Shown here one piece after another: positions 1 to 12,686 of a stretch of DNA of 64,000 nucleotides (its first letter is position 1; the number at the start of each line of letters is the position of its first letter). Below the pieces are notes generated by a model. The model did no database searches, was not told the DNA's origin, and was given only the letters and a program-made list of their open reading frames with translations. Made by a program: the position numbers and the translations under genes. Source of the stretch: Octopus bimaculoides (lineage: Eukaryota); NCBI RefSeq assembly GCF_001194135.2, contig NC_068982.1, forward strand, positions 147,169,329-147,233,328, given 5' to 3'.

Positions 1-304
1 TTGTTGTTTTCGTTGTCGTCGTTATCGCCAGCGCTACCAAATCGTTAAAGATACCAACACCAGTGTAATTATCCATAAAGTTACAAGTTGTAATGCTAAT
101 GATCAAGGTGGTATTGTTCATGGATCTGAAGATGTTGTATTCGATATTTCTCAAGGAATTTTCTTCAAATATTTTTCAGATTCAAAATTCTTTTCTTCAC
201 AGTCATTCTTTTTGTTTTTGTTTTATTAAACACGTGAGTTCATTTTCTATTTACATTCATCACGGCAGCTAATTTCTACTGTGGAAGATGCCATGTTAAA
301 TAGT

Positions 305-510
305 TATTTCAAATTTTTGCCACAAGGGCAGCTAGGGGTATGTGGGGATGAGTCGATTACATCGTTCCCAGGATTCAACGGGTACTTATTTTATCGAACC
401 CGAAAGGATGAAAGGCAAAGTCGACCTCGGCGGAATTTAAACGTTGTGACAGGCTAAATACCGCTAAGCATTTCGTCCAGCATGCTGACGATTTTGCCAG
501 CTTACCGCCT
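305..510 (-). mobile_element. tRNA-derived SINE, family A, decayed copy
   Basis: Reverse complement of the family-A core (GTCGACTTTGCCTTTCATCCTTTCGGG..TCGATAAAATAAGTACC) and head (AGGCGGTAAGCTGGCAAAATCGTCAGCATG); matches the copies at 1899 and 2831. Confidence 0.85.
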
Positions 511-575
511 TGAATCTATGCTAAATGATGTTTTAAATGTGTTCTTAGGGAAAATGGCAAAAATTAATAAGGCAA

Positions 576-925
576 AATAATAATAGGTTCAAATTTTGGT
601 GTAAGGCCAGTAACTTTAGCAGGAGAGGGAGAGTCGATTACAATGATACCAGTACTTACTGCTATCAATGTTACCTTAGTTTATCGATCCCTAAAAAGAT
701 AATAATAATGGTTTCAAATATTAGCAAAAGCCCAGCAATTTTGAGGGAATGAGCAAGTCGTTTACATCGACTCCAGTACACAACTGGTATTATTTTATCG
801 ACTCCCCAAAAGAATGAAAACGAAAGCTAACCTCGGCGGGATTTGAACTCAGAATGTAAAGAGATACAAAAAATGAGGCTAAGCATTTTGTCCGACGCGC
901 TAATGAGTCTATCTGTTCAGCACTT
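576..925 (-). mobile_element. Two adjacent decayed family-A SINE copies (3' fragment about 576-700, longer copy about 701-925)
   Basis: Two (AAT)n-GGTTTCAAAT tail starts, followed by core remnants and B-box remnant TTTGAACTC. Confidence 0.7.
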
Positions 926-1758
926 TAGTAATTATGATGATGATAATAATAATCGGTGATGTGTCAGAATCGTTATGAATCGTCAAGAAATGAAGCAAAC
1001 GTTCACGCAGGACAAACAGACGATTGAGAAACCAATGGTTACGTTACACTAGATCACTTCATCTCTATTCATCGAACATCGTTTGTACTGCAGTCTAAAA
1101 TACACGGTAATCTTTTCTGAGTAGGTTGGAGATTGAATCAATCTACCTATTCAGATACACCTATTTCTAGTCATTGTAATGTTTTATGATTAGTGTTATC
1201 CACATCGTCTTTTGGGTGAGTTTCGTGTTTCAACACTGATTGTGTTTCGTTAACCAACACAAAGTTACAAACCTTGTAACACTATAAATTATAATTCTGG
1301 CAATCAGATCCTTGTTTGAACTTCGAACCACAATGACGGAACATAGCTCCGGAATGAGTCTGTGATATTCTATGGTTATTAGCGCTTGTATGTCAACTTT
1401 TAGATCTCTTTTAGATACGTGACCTCATATGATTTCTGATTTCTCAACATCTGCCCATACTGTGCTTCAAAGTTAACACAGAGACAAGAGCCTCACTGTC
1501 ATTTCAAGCGTCCTTGGTCATACCTTATCTAATGTCTCGACCTACCGATCTTTTGCTGTTCTAACAAATGGGCACTTCAAAACGCACATTCAGTTACATT
1601 TTATACTTGGTATACGATCTTGTAAACATTTCTGCGTCAGATGAGGTCTCTTTCTACACATTTAGTGCTACCACTAATTGTTCTCTTGAGGGCATGTATA
1701 TGTAAGTGTGTGTGTGCACGCACGTGTATGTGTGCGCGTCTGTGTTGTGTGTTTGTGC

Positions 1759-1797
<39 letters not shown>

Positions 1798-1898
1798 CGA
1801 GAGAAAGAGAGAGAGCTTGTATTTCAAGACAAATCGATAGATCCACTAATCTGTTGCCTCTCGGCTTGCTGTACGTTGGCTTGTAACACTGAAGAAGA

Positions 1899-2127
1899 GG
1901 CGGCGAGTTGGCAGAAACGTTAGCACGCCGGGCGAAATGCTTAGCGGTATTTCGTCTGCCGCTACGTTCTGAGTTCGAATTCCGCCGAGGTCGACTTTGC
2001 CTTTCATCCTTTCGGGGTCGATTAAATAAGTACCAGTTACGCACTGTGGTCGGTATAATCGACTTAATCCGTTTGTCTGTCCTTTTTTGTCCCCTCTGTG
2101 TGTAGCCCCTTGTGGGTAGTAAAGAAA
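1899..2127 (+). mobile_element. Full-length family-A SINE with 15-bp target-site duplication
   Basis: A-box-like TGGCAGAAACG and B-box GTTCGAATTCC (1973-1983); TSD TAACACTGAaGAAGA (1884-1898) / TAACACTGAgGAAGA (2128-2142). Confidence 0.92.
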
Positions 2128-2218
2128 TAACACTGAGGAAGAGATTGTTTTGGCGGAGTTTACTCGGAGCTACGAATGTTGGTGTACTGGAAATGGCAAT
2201 ATGTAATGTCTCTGCTAC

Positions 2219-2272
2219 TCTTCTCTCCCTGATTAAATGATAATTATTAACCTTTTAATCAGGGAGAGAAGA
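2219..2272. repeat. Perfect 19-bp inverted repeat with 16-nt loop
   Basis: TCTTCTCTCCCTGATTAAA (2219-2237) / TTTAATCAGGGAGAGAAGA (2254-2272). Confidence 0.9.
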
Positions 2273-2830
2273 ATAACAGTTATGACTATTTTTTCATGGT
2301 AACTGAGACCAGTAGCAGGGTGGGACGACGTTATCACTATCAAGTCAGAAACGAATTCTTGTAGAGCATGAATTCCATAAAATCTATCAATCAAACAAAT
2401 GGTGCTGTTAAAACTTTATGACGCAATAAGCCTTTTAAGCAAGAAATTACAAACAGAGCCAAAATGAATAACACAAGATATCTACATCCTGGAGTGATAC
2501 GCTGAGTTATAAGTTTTGAGATTTTCACTCAGTTAAAATCCAACAAGATGTACCACGTAGCAAAATTGAGCTTTCTTTTTTGGTATTGACATATAGTGCG
2601 GCCGCATTAGGGTGTATAGACCTCTAATCCCATTGATGGTATTTAGACAGAAGGTAGCCAACATTGATCAATAGTCTTTCCAAGTCGCAAAGATGATGAT
2701 GAGCTGAGGATCGACTTATATCAAATATTCATGCCCCAGGCTGTATAATACGCTGCTTCATATACTGAGAACATATTTCATTACTTATCAACTCATGAGT
2801 AGATGCTTTAATCAGATAGACGTCCTCGAA

Positions 2831-3029
2831 AGGCGGCAAGCTAGCAGAAACGTTAGCACGCTGGGCAAAATGCTTAGTGGTATGTCGTCTGTCTTTACGT
2901 TCTGAGTTCAAATTCCGCCGAGGTCGACTTTGCCTTTCATCGATAAACTAAGTACCAGTTGCGTACCGGCGCCGATATAATCGACTGGCCCTTCCCCCAA
3001 ATTTTCGGGCAATGTGCCTAGAGTGGAAA
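2831..3029 (+). mobile_element. Family-A SINE with 17-bp TSD and small internal deletion
   Basis: Head AGGCGGCAAGCTAGCAGAAACG and B-box GTTCAAATTCC; TSD AGATAGACGtCCTCGAA (2814-2830) / AGATAGACGcCCTCGAA (3030-3046); lacks the CCTTTCGGGGT segment of the core. Confidence 0.9.
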
Positions 3030-3076
3030 AGATAGACGCCCTCGAATTTAAACACACATGTTTGTGTATGTTTATA

Positions 3077-3079
3077 AAT

Positions 3080-3118
<39 letters not shown>

Positions 3119-3155
3119 AACGTACGCACACCTATACGCACAAACACATATGGGC

Positions 3156-3223
<68 letters not shown>

Positions 3224-3539
3224 ACACATATTTATGGATATATGTGTATATATGTGTATAGCTGTATTTAAATTTATTTCTACACCACAAACACACACAC
3301 ACACACACACATAAATATACGCCTATATGTGATATATTCATAAGTAAATATATACTCATACATGCGCATACGCACACACAGACAGTTACACGCAAACACA
3401 CACATCGACGAACTTCAGTGAGCATTTATAATTAGCATATTAATGCATGTATTACACTAGATACTAGCATGTAGAACACGCGTGATGCGTTGTTAAGAAG
3501 ATTATTTTTGACTATATATTTAAATATACACACCTTCAC

Positions 3540-3578
<39 letters not shown>

Positions 3579-3700
3579 AATTAGTACAAAGAGGGACACA
3601 TTCATATACGTGTATGTGAGTGCTGCATATCTATCTATCTGTCTGTCTGTCTGTCTTTCTGTCTGTCCGTCCGTCCGTCCGTCAGTCTGTCCGTCCATCC

Positions 3701-3738
<38 letters not shown>

Positions 3739-3806
3739 TTATTTATCTAGCCATCTATCTTTCTATGCTTGCATATCTGTTATGGATATTATGCATATGC
3801 CTTTAA

Positions 3807-3873
<67 letters not shown>

Positions 3874-4030
3874 GACACATATAAATGAGTATGTGTGTAT
3901 GTATATATGTCTGTGTGTGTACATACACACACAGACATACGCACATACATACAAACATCCATCCATCCATCCATCCATCCATACACACACATACATACAT
4001 ACATACATACATACATACATACATACATAG
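3077..4030. repeat. Compound microsatellite field: (CA)n, (TA)n, (TG)n, (CTGT)n, (CCGT)n, (CTAT)n, (CCAT)n, (TACA)n
   Basis: Read directly from the sequence; source of the low-complexity ORFs in the track. Confidence 0.95.
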
Positions 4031-4781
4031 GCACACTCATGCATAAGCACACGCATTAACACGATACGAACATATGACATATAGACAAACCTGCGCAGTN
4101 NNNNNNNNNNNNNNNNNNNNNNNNNNNNNNNNNNNNNNNNNNNNNNNNNNNNNNNNNNNNNNNNNNNNNNNNNNNNNNNNNNNNNNNNNNNNNNNNNNNN
4201 NNNNNNNNNNNNNNNNNNNNNNNNNNNNNNNNNNNNNNNNNNNNNNNNNNNNNNNNNNNNNNNNNNNNNNNNNNNNNNNNNNNNNNNNNNNNNNNNNNNN
4301 NNNNNNNNNNNNNNNNNNNNNNNNNNNNNNNNNNNNNNNNNNNNNNNNNNNNNNNNNNNNNNNNNNNNNNNNNNNNNNNNNNNNNNNNNNNNNNNNNNNN
4401 NNNNNNNNNNNNNNNNNNNNNNNNNNNNNNNNNNNNNNNNNNNNNNNNNNNNNNNNNNNNNNNNNNNNNNNNNNNNNNNNNNNNNNNNNNNNNNNNNNNN
4501 NNNNNNNNNNNNNNNNNNNNNNNNNNNNNNNNNNNNNNNNNNNNNNNNNNNNNNNNNNNNNNNNNNNNNNNNNNNNNNNNNNNNNNNNNNNNNNNNNNNN
4601 NNNNNNNNNNNNNNNNNNNNNNNNNNNNNNNNNNNNNNNNNNNNNNNNNNNNNNNNNNNNNNNNNNNNNNNNNNNNNNNNNNNNNNNNNNNNNNNNNNNN
4701 NNNNNNNNNNNNNNNNNNNNNNNNNNNNNNNNNNNNNNNNNNNNNNNNNNNNNNNNNNNNNNNNNNNNNNNNNNNNNNNNN

Positions 4782-4840
<59 letters not shown>

Positions 4841-4938
4841 CATACATATATTATATATATGCATATATAAATACACACATACACACATACATACACGCAC
4901 GTCCGACGCACGCACATACATACGCACGCGTACACACG

Positions 4939-4976
<38 letters not shown>

Positions 4977-5449
4977 CACACACACCCAAATATATTCTGA
5001 TAAAGATATATGTAGATGTGCTTTCAAAAGAAATGTATCTCAATGATGTATAATGGTATAATTCAGGTGTAGCACTTTTTATTTTACCTTTTCCGATTCA
5101 TAGCATACCGATAATGGCAATAAACATAAATCTTTTGGTGTTGAATACGTTACTCGAAAGCTTTGTGGCGAATTTCTATTATGTGTATATGTGGAAGTTT
5201 TCTATTGTATAGCGTTCTGTTCTACCTATCTTTATGTTTTACAAGTACTGCTTTTTCATTTTTTCTCTTTTTTTTTCTCTTTTTTCTTTGCTTTCGTTGT
5301 TTTACACTTTCAACTAATTTATTCCTTTTCTGTATTCATTCTACCTTTCTCTCCTTTCTGTTCCTCCTGTGTCTCAACTTTTCTCTGTAATATATTTATC
5401 AGTATCAGATTGTTTCTCTCCCTCTTTCTCTTTCATACAGTTATATATA

Positions 5450-5516
<67 letters not shown>

Positions 5517-6150
5517 NNNNNNNNNNNNNNNNNNNNNNNNNNNNNNNNNNNNNNNNNNNNNNNNNNNNNNNNNNNNNNNNNNNNNNNNNNNNNNNNNNNN
5601 NNNNNNNNNNNNNNNNNNNNNNNNNNNNNNNNNNNNNNNNNNNNNNNNNNNNNNNNNNNNNNNNNNNNNNNNNNNNNNNNNNNNNNNNNNNNNNNNNNNN
5701 NNNNNNNNNNNNNNNNNNNNNNNNNNNNNNNNNNNNNNNNNNNNNNNNNNNNNNNNNNNNNNNNNNNNNNNNNNNNNNNNNNNNNNNNNNNNNNNNNNNN
5801 NNNNNNNNNNNNNNNNNNNNNNNNNNNNNNNNNNNNNNNNNNNNNNNNNNNNNNNNNNNNNNNNNNNNNNNNNNNNNNNNNNNNNNNNNNNNNNNNNNNN
5901 NNNNNNNNNNNNNNNNNNNNNNNNNNNNNNNNNNNNNNNNNNNNNNNNNNNNNNNNNNNNNNNNNNNNNNNNNNNNNNNNNNNNNNNNNNNNNNNNNNNN
6001 NNNNNNNNNNNNNNNNNNNNNNNNNNNNNNNNNTGCTAAAATGATTTTATCATGAAGAACATTATATATACCTCTTTATATGTATAGAAATATAAGCATA
6101 TTTAGGGATATAATCATGTGTGTGTAAGTATACGTATTCCCTTTGTATGA

Positions 6151-6191
<41 letters not shown>

Positions 6192-6472
6192 CACATATAT
6201 ATGTATATATATATATATATATATATACAGACATATATATATGTATATATAAATATATAAATGTATGAATATATGTGTATCTATATGCATACGTGCATAT
6301 TATTAACAGTTTTGTTTTGAAAGTACAGCAGCAATTTTCTCATAACATCACAATATCATTTATCTATGTTTCAAATTATTTAGAGAATACTTTCTTGGGA
6401 GAAATACATGACTTGTAAATGAAAACTGGTTATAATACCCTTGAATTTATTTACATATCCAACTTATTCTAC

Positions 6473-7153
6473 TGGGGAATATTGAAGACATCAGTTTGTC
6501 CCTTGTGTCTGAGGGGAGTACGCCAAGAGGACATCGACAATAGATGCTCAAAAGCCCCCAAGGAGGGCAAGCTACCACTGCAAGTGTAATAGCTTTACAT
6601 TGTTATAGACCAGTCGAAGTGGAATTAGCCATTGCAAGCACCTCCGCACAACTAAAATATTTATCGCTAGATATTTATCGCTAGATATTTATCAGCAAGA
6701 AGGCGTAAGCTGCGAAGTTCACCTTTTCAGTCCAAATTGAAACAATAAACGACTGAAAGATGTAAGTCCGCTTAGGGAAGTGGGAGAAGTTCACAGAAAC
6801 TTTTTTTTCGACATTATTAAGGCCTAATTTTGTGCTGATCTCAAAAGTATCCAAATAGGTGGTTTTGTTAGATCTCTTCGTTCCTGAGAGAACCGCATCG
6901 AGGAGTTAAACGAGAGTAAGATGGGAAATATGCTGAGCTTGTGGGTTTCTGATAAAGCAATGGGTTGCATGCAAGTTGTGATCTCATCCCTGTGGGTTGC
7001 AGATCGTTTGCAAGCCAGTCCCTACACAAAGCATACAGAATGCTTGGCATCACAGGGGCCAGTAGGCAGAAGGCCGTGAGTTTGGTTTTGTGGGTGGCAA
7101 AGGTTGCTTCATAATGACTGAGGATAAGGTTGTGCGTGACCTGGAATAAGTAG
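6473..7153 (+). mobile_element. Decayed 3' end of a Hero-clade (R2-like, restriction-like endonuclease) non-LTR retrotransposon
   Basis: Manual translation through stops and frameshifts: WGILKTSVCPLC..RCSKAPKEGK (zinc-knuckle region), LRPNFVLISKVSK*VVLLDLFVP, ENRIEELNESK, KYAELV, PVGCRSFASQSLHKAYRMLGITGASRQKAV..AKVAS. These mirror Hero-type motifs LRPDIVL..ELTVPWEERIEEA.ERK..KY.EL..PVEVGCRGFA..SL. Confidence 0.75.
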
Positions 7154-8045
7154 AGGCTAATGCGTGTCAATTTGTGTGCGTGACCGTGCATGTGTGCATG
7201 TGTGCATGTGCGCCCGTGCGTGCGTGTGTGTTTGTGTGCGCGCGTGGGTGCAAGAGAGAGTTCTTGTGCGTGTGTGTTCGGTGCGTTTTAAAAGTAAACG
7301 AATTCAAAAATTTCGTCAGAAATGTGGCAATGTATTTTCGGTTTTCTCTGTTTGTCACGTAATTTTCTACGCATTGATTTTCTTGGACTCCATATTACAG
7401 ATATTATCTAGAAAGTAGTTTTCTTTTCAGAGCCACAGTTACATGCGAAACATAAAATTCACTCTTCGACTCTCTTCTGACTTCGTGTTGCCTTTCTTAA
7501 AACTATATTTATTACCATTTATCAAAAGAGTGTTGATGACTGAACTTAAAAGTTCTCTGGATGAAATGCCATATGGCATTTTATCATTTGCATTATTTAT
7601 GTTTTTGAGTTGTTAATGCGCTGATATTGTTTCATTGTTGAATTGCTGATTAAATAGGCATCCAGCTGTAATACCTTGTGTCGTTATATTCACTGTTGCG
7701 GTTTGGTGTGAATAATAGATATTTGAGACAAAAGTTTAGCATTCTCTACATTGCTTCCTGAAGGATATTTTTAATGCATAATTCACGAGTAAAGTCGATA
7801 TCTATAAAATTATATTACGAATTAAAAGCAGCTGAAATAATGTAAATATTATCGGTCGCATATGATGTGTTTTGCTTATACGCCAAATTTACTATGGTAT
7901 AGGGTCCGGAGATAGCTTCCCAAACGAGTTCGGGAGTGAAAGAATATCTGAATGTCACAGACCAGGCGTGACAGTGTTCATGTAAGTATGCATGTACGAA
8001 TGTATGAATGTATGTGCGCATTTATGAATATATGTACGCACACGT

Positions 8046-8091
<46 letters not shown>

Positions 8092-8133
8092 ACACACACA
8101 CACACACACATACATACACACACATATATATAT

Positions 8134-9098
8134 ATGAACTACAAAAGAAACGTCGCACTGTAAAAGATCATTTGTTTCACACACAATATTAAGTTTATAT
8201 GGATCTTATCACAGTTCTAGTTAACTTGACGTAAGGAAGATGTCACTGCCCTACAACACCACTCTCTTTTGGAAACCTAAGGATTGCCTGTAGGGTTGGA
8301 ACTCGTTCACTTTTCGTGGACATGCGAACGCATCTTTATGAAAAGCATGATGCACGTAATGAACTGGCGATATCAGCAGTGGAGGACTGTAGTCTTCTCT
8401 GACGAAAGTTGATATTGCATTTCTGTGGCAGATGGCAGAGCTAGGGTTTGGAGAAGAGGTGAACGTCATGCAGATGGCTGTGTGGTGGAGGGAGACTTAT
8501 GAGGAGGACAGAACTTCATCGTTTAGAGCAGGATTGCACTCAACCAGAAACTTGGACCGGTGGTCTTCTAAAACATCAACCAAGGCCGGGGCGGTAGAGT
8601 AACCGCTGCTCGCTACAACGACCAAGTGTTGACAACAGGCTTCCTCGAAGAGCACAGCAGCTAGACACTGCCATGACCTGTCCTAAGGCCGGACTTGAAC
8701 CTCATAAAGTACATGTGGGACGAAATCCAAAGAAAACTAAATGACATCCGTCCAAGGTCAACAACTGCGGCACAACTCAATGCAAGTTTTAACAGAGTGT
8801 GGGCTGCTATCCCCATAGCCTTCATCAATTGTTTGGTGCCTTCAGTGTACAGAAGATGCCTGGTGGTATGCAACGCCAACGGTGGTCACACGAGATATTG
8901 TGTTCATCTCTTTGGATCCAGGGCACTCCGTCATCACGTGACACCATGCGACGTCAAACATGTTTCAGGAAATGACGTTTTATCATTAGGAAAGAACTGT
9001 TTCTTAATTAGCACTCGTCAATCAATGCTATAGTAGTCTGTTAATAAACTGGTTTGTATTCAGTATCTGTGCGACGTTTCTTTTTTGCTCTTGTTTAT
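8134..9098 (+). mobile_element. Internally deleted, decayed Tc1-like (DD34E-type) DNA transposon with both terminal inverted repeats
   Basis: WRYQQWRTVVFSDES (from 8365), ADGRARVWRR, PDLNLIKYMWDEIQRKL..RRCLVVCNANGGHTRY (to 8898); perfect 16-bp IR AAAAGAAACGTCGCAC (8143-8158) / GTGCGACGTTTCTTTT (9069-9084). Confidence 0.88.
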
Positions 9099-9376
9099 AT
9101 GGATAAATAGACAGATATAGATAAATGTGTATATGCATACGTACATACATACATACATACATGTATATATATCCAAAGTTTTAAATTTAAATTTAAGAAA
9201 GAGATTTGACGCTAATATCCATTATTATTGTAATTTATTCCTATGTCAACATTTCTGTATAAGGCTATATTTGACTGTCAAATTTAAGTCAAACTCCCTA
9301 AGGAGTCTAATTTAGACTTTTTGCGGTGAAATCTCTTGCTATATTGGTAACGATTACATGGTTTTCTATGAACAAT

Positions 9377-9424
<48 letters not shown>

Positions 9425-11649
9425 NNNNNNNNNNNNNNNNNNNNNNNNNNNNNNNNNNNNNNNNNNNNNNNNNNNNNNNNNNNNNNNNNNNNNNNNNNNN
9501 NNNNNNNNNNNNNNNNNNNNNNNNNNNNNNNNNNNNNNNNNNNNNNNNNNNNNNNNNNNNNNNNNNNNNNNNNNNNNNNNNNNNNNNNNNNNNNNNNNNN
9601 NNNNNNNNNNNNNGGGGGGGGGGGTAAAAGTACGCAGATACATCTGAAGAAAATATACTTCAGATGAAGAAACATTAAAATATAGACATAACTTCAGAAG
9701 GATCTTAATATCAGTGAGTCTTTATATTAGTAAAACATTAACATGTTTCAAATAAGGAATGTCTGATACATACCAATTTTTCGAGAATGGTAAACGGTGA
9801 AGACTATTTTGGCAACAAATAACAAAATCAAGTGATTTAGCCTGATATTTTGTTGTCCGCTTGGCTTCTAATATAATTTTGATGAGAAAGTATGTATGAT
9901 ATTTATTCACACGTTATCGATATACAGCGAGTGTTCGTTAATTGTTTGCCCCATTGCAAATTTCCAACCATTTTCGGGTCTTTTTCTAATTATAAACTGA
10001 CATGTGGTTTCATATTTTTGTGGTTTCAAAAGTGCATTGTAGTCTATCTTTTTTTAAAATTTTTTTGTATGTGTGTCAGTATTATGAATGATCAACAAAA
10101 ATTCTTAAAATAATTAAGTTATGATAATTCTCATCTTGATAACCATTAATGTGATTCACTTGTGAAATACGACAAACCAGTCGATGGTCGATACAGCTGT
10201 TGAATTATGTTATCTTTTATTATTGTAATATATTCCTTCAAAAATAAATTACCAAAAAAAAAATGCTCCCTAGGTGTATAGCATTTTGAGAAATTTGGAA
10301 TTTAGTCGATATTTTCTTTCACGCTATCTGTATAATTAGCGGTTATAAAATCAAGTGGAGTATAAAATTTTAGAAAAATAAAACGAAAAATACTACACTG
10401 CAGCATGTCTAAAGATTATAATTTTTATCTTTAATCTACTTAACAACATTGCAGAATGATGTAATTTGCATTTCTAAGTATTATGTTCACAGTAACATTT
10501 ACATATTTCTTACTACAGTATTAAATCATCACTAAGTGTATTCAAGGAACTAATTTGTCTAGACATAATCTCGCAGGATTTAGAACAGAGCCACGTATCT
10601 AATTGTAAGTATACTTAATGATCACTCTTTAGTTTATTATCTAAACAAAATAGTTAACATGTTTCAATATGCAAAATACATGAGCGTATTTATTATTGCA
10701 TGCGCAAGCGCGTCTACAACAAGGATTTAAAACAAAAACAATTTCCTTCCATTGTCATGTCCGACGGTCAGATTCTATGTAATTGCAAAGATATATTCAG
10801 ATTTATGTTGATGTTTATCATTAGCCGCAGATGGAGGAAACCTGTTATCGAAATTCCTCTATTTCTTATCATCCAGTCATTTTTTTTTCAGACATAGTAT
10901 AGGTAAGATAAATATTATCCAACGTTTCTACTTTTGACTTTTTTTTTTTAGATGATTTAGTGTAATTTGAGGAAGAGTTGGATACTGTTTTAACTCGATT
11001 TCTACTAGTAAACGACTTCATAATGACTCATTGATGATCTCGTTTCAGTCATATAAATAACGGAGTCAGCAGCCGATAAGCACGGATGAAATTCTATTCA
11101 ATACAAAACTGGTTTCTTTTGCAGTGCCCTTATCTCTTTAAATATGAATTGCACATACCAAGCTGTTAAGTGTATTATCAATTAGCACAATATTTCCTTT
11201 TAAAAATATAAAGAAAATGTTTGATTCCAAACATGCTTTTTTAATGAAAAGACAGAACAGATACAATATAATTTCATTTTCCTTCTCCATTGTGTTGAAC
11301 AAGTTTTAAAATTTCAATAACTTTTTTAAATTATGACAATTTGTTCATCCACCTTTCAATCTTCATATCTCCTCCCTACAATATGAGAAACACAAAATTA
11401 GATAATTTTAATTACTGTGCATTTAGTTTTGCTTTTAGTTATTCTGTAGGCAATAATAAATCATAAGTATGAAACATTAGTACAAATATGTATTATGAAA
11501 TATCCAAATACATAAGCATATGTAAATAATGAAAGTAATTCAGTTTCATAAATGCCGGTATCGATAAAAATTCCGGATAAAATTTCTTCAAGGCGATGAA
11601 TTGGGTGGTTCAAAACAGCATCGGGCAGAATAACTTGTAGTTTACGTGG

Positions 11650-11995
11650 TGCATTCCTGCGTTCAAATTTCGGAAACAATATTTTTGTCTTTCATCCTTT
11701 CAGGTTCGATCAGTAAATTCCCAGTTCAGTATTGGAGCCTATTACATCTCTCTCTGGAAGAAATCGACTCTAATCAAACTTGGAAGTAAATGACCGTGAC
11801 ACGTATGTTATGACGAAAACCCGATAACTCCGTCAGCAGTTAAGGGCTCAAAGAGGGAAGGAGAATTCCCTTGCAGAATTTAGGCCTTTCATTTAATATT
11901 CCCGTTTCAATTCTGCTGGTATCGATAAAATAACGCACTAATCAATCTTTGGTTCGATATTAACTGCCATAGATTCCCCAAAACTTGTGCCTCTA
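11650..11995 (+). mobile_element. Highly decayed family-A SINE remnants
   Basis: GTTCAAATTT..CTTTCATCCTTTCAGGTTCGAT and ATCGATAAAATAAC..TTCGATAT..CCCCAAAACTTGTGCCT resemble the family core and tail. Confidence 0.5.
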
Positions 11996-12012
11996 TGTAA
12001 GATATCGTTTTA

Positions 12013-12056
<44 letters not shown>

Positions 12057-12457
12057 CATGTGTGGAGTCTTTAATCTATATGTGAACTTTATTCTGATGC
12101 TGCTGAGTTACTCCTTTGAGTGCAGATTTTAACTGTACGTATATTGATGTGGAGAAGATACTAGGGTTGCTTCTGGTACTAGAGTTTCTTCATTGTTGAG
12201 AAGCACTCAAAGGTTCCATTTTGCGGCGGATGAAAGTCGGTCGAATTTGATAAGGGTGAGATTTGGATAAGAGGTGCAGAAAGCCGGAAAAAATACCAGA
12301 AAGGAGTCTATCGAATTTTGCAATGATTGCCAATTCATCCCATTAGTTCCAATAAAATGAGTTTAAAGAAAATAAACTCCCCCATCAGTACCGGGGTCGA
12401 CCGACACTATCGGGCTAACAAATTTATGCCCTTGTGACAAAATGAGAAATACATACG

Positions 12458-12498
<41 letters not shown>

Positions 12499-12508
12499 NN
12501 NNNNNNNN

Positions 12509-12547
<39 letters not shown>

Positions 12548-12686
12548 TCACGTTTGCGTATGTGTGTGTTCGTATGTATGTATGCATGTATGTATGTATG
12601 TATGTATGTATGTATGAATGTATGTATTTGTATATTTACATGTAAGCCATAATTCAGAGCCATCACTGTAAGTTTATTTTATGCAC

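Noticed and set aside
2-229. Stop-free frame from the window start
   Set aside because: Begins in low-complexity GTT/GTC sequence, has no recognisable motif and no convincing splice sites.
1180-1560. Possible RTE-type endonuclease remnant on the minus strand (VNFEAQYG, HRLIPELC)
   Set aside because: Only faint motif resemblance across many stops; cannot be supported without a profile search.
1899-1985. tRNA gene call for SINE heads
   Set aside because: A/B boxes are present but no complete cloverleaf was seen, and they are fused to SINE bodies with TSDs.
1637-2133. ORFs overlapping SINE copies (also 2729, 47135, 56705, 56782)
   Set aside because: Chance reading frames of non-coding SINE sequence.
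3763-6055. Long ORFs of 228-426 aa in the track (and similar ones at 20852, 27419, 30606, 43036 and 58738)
   Set aside because: They run through N-gaps and dinucleotide repeats (YI, HT, CV, RE runs); not real proteins.
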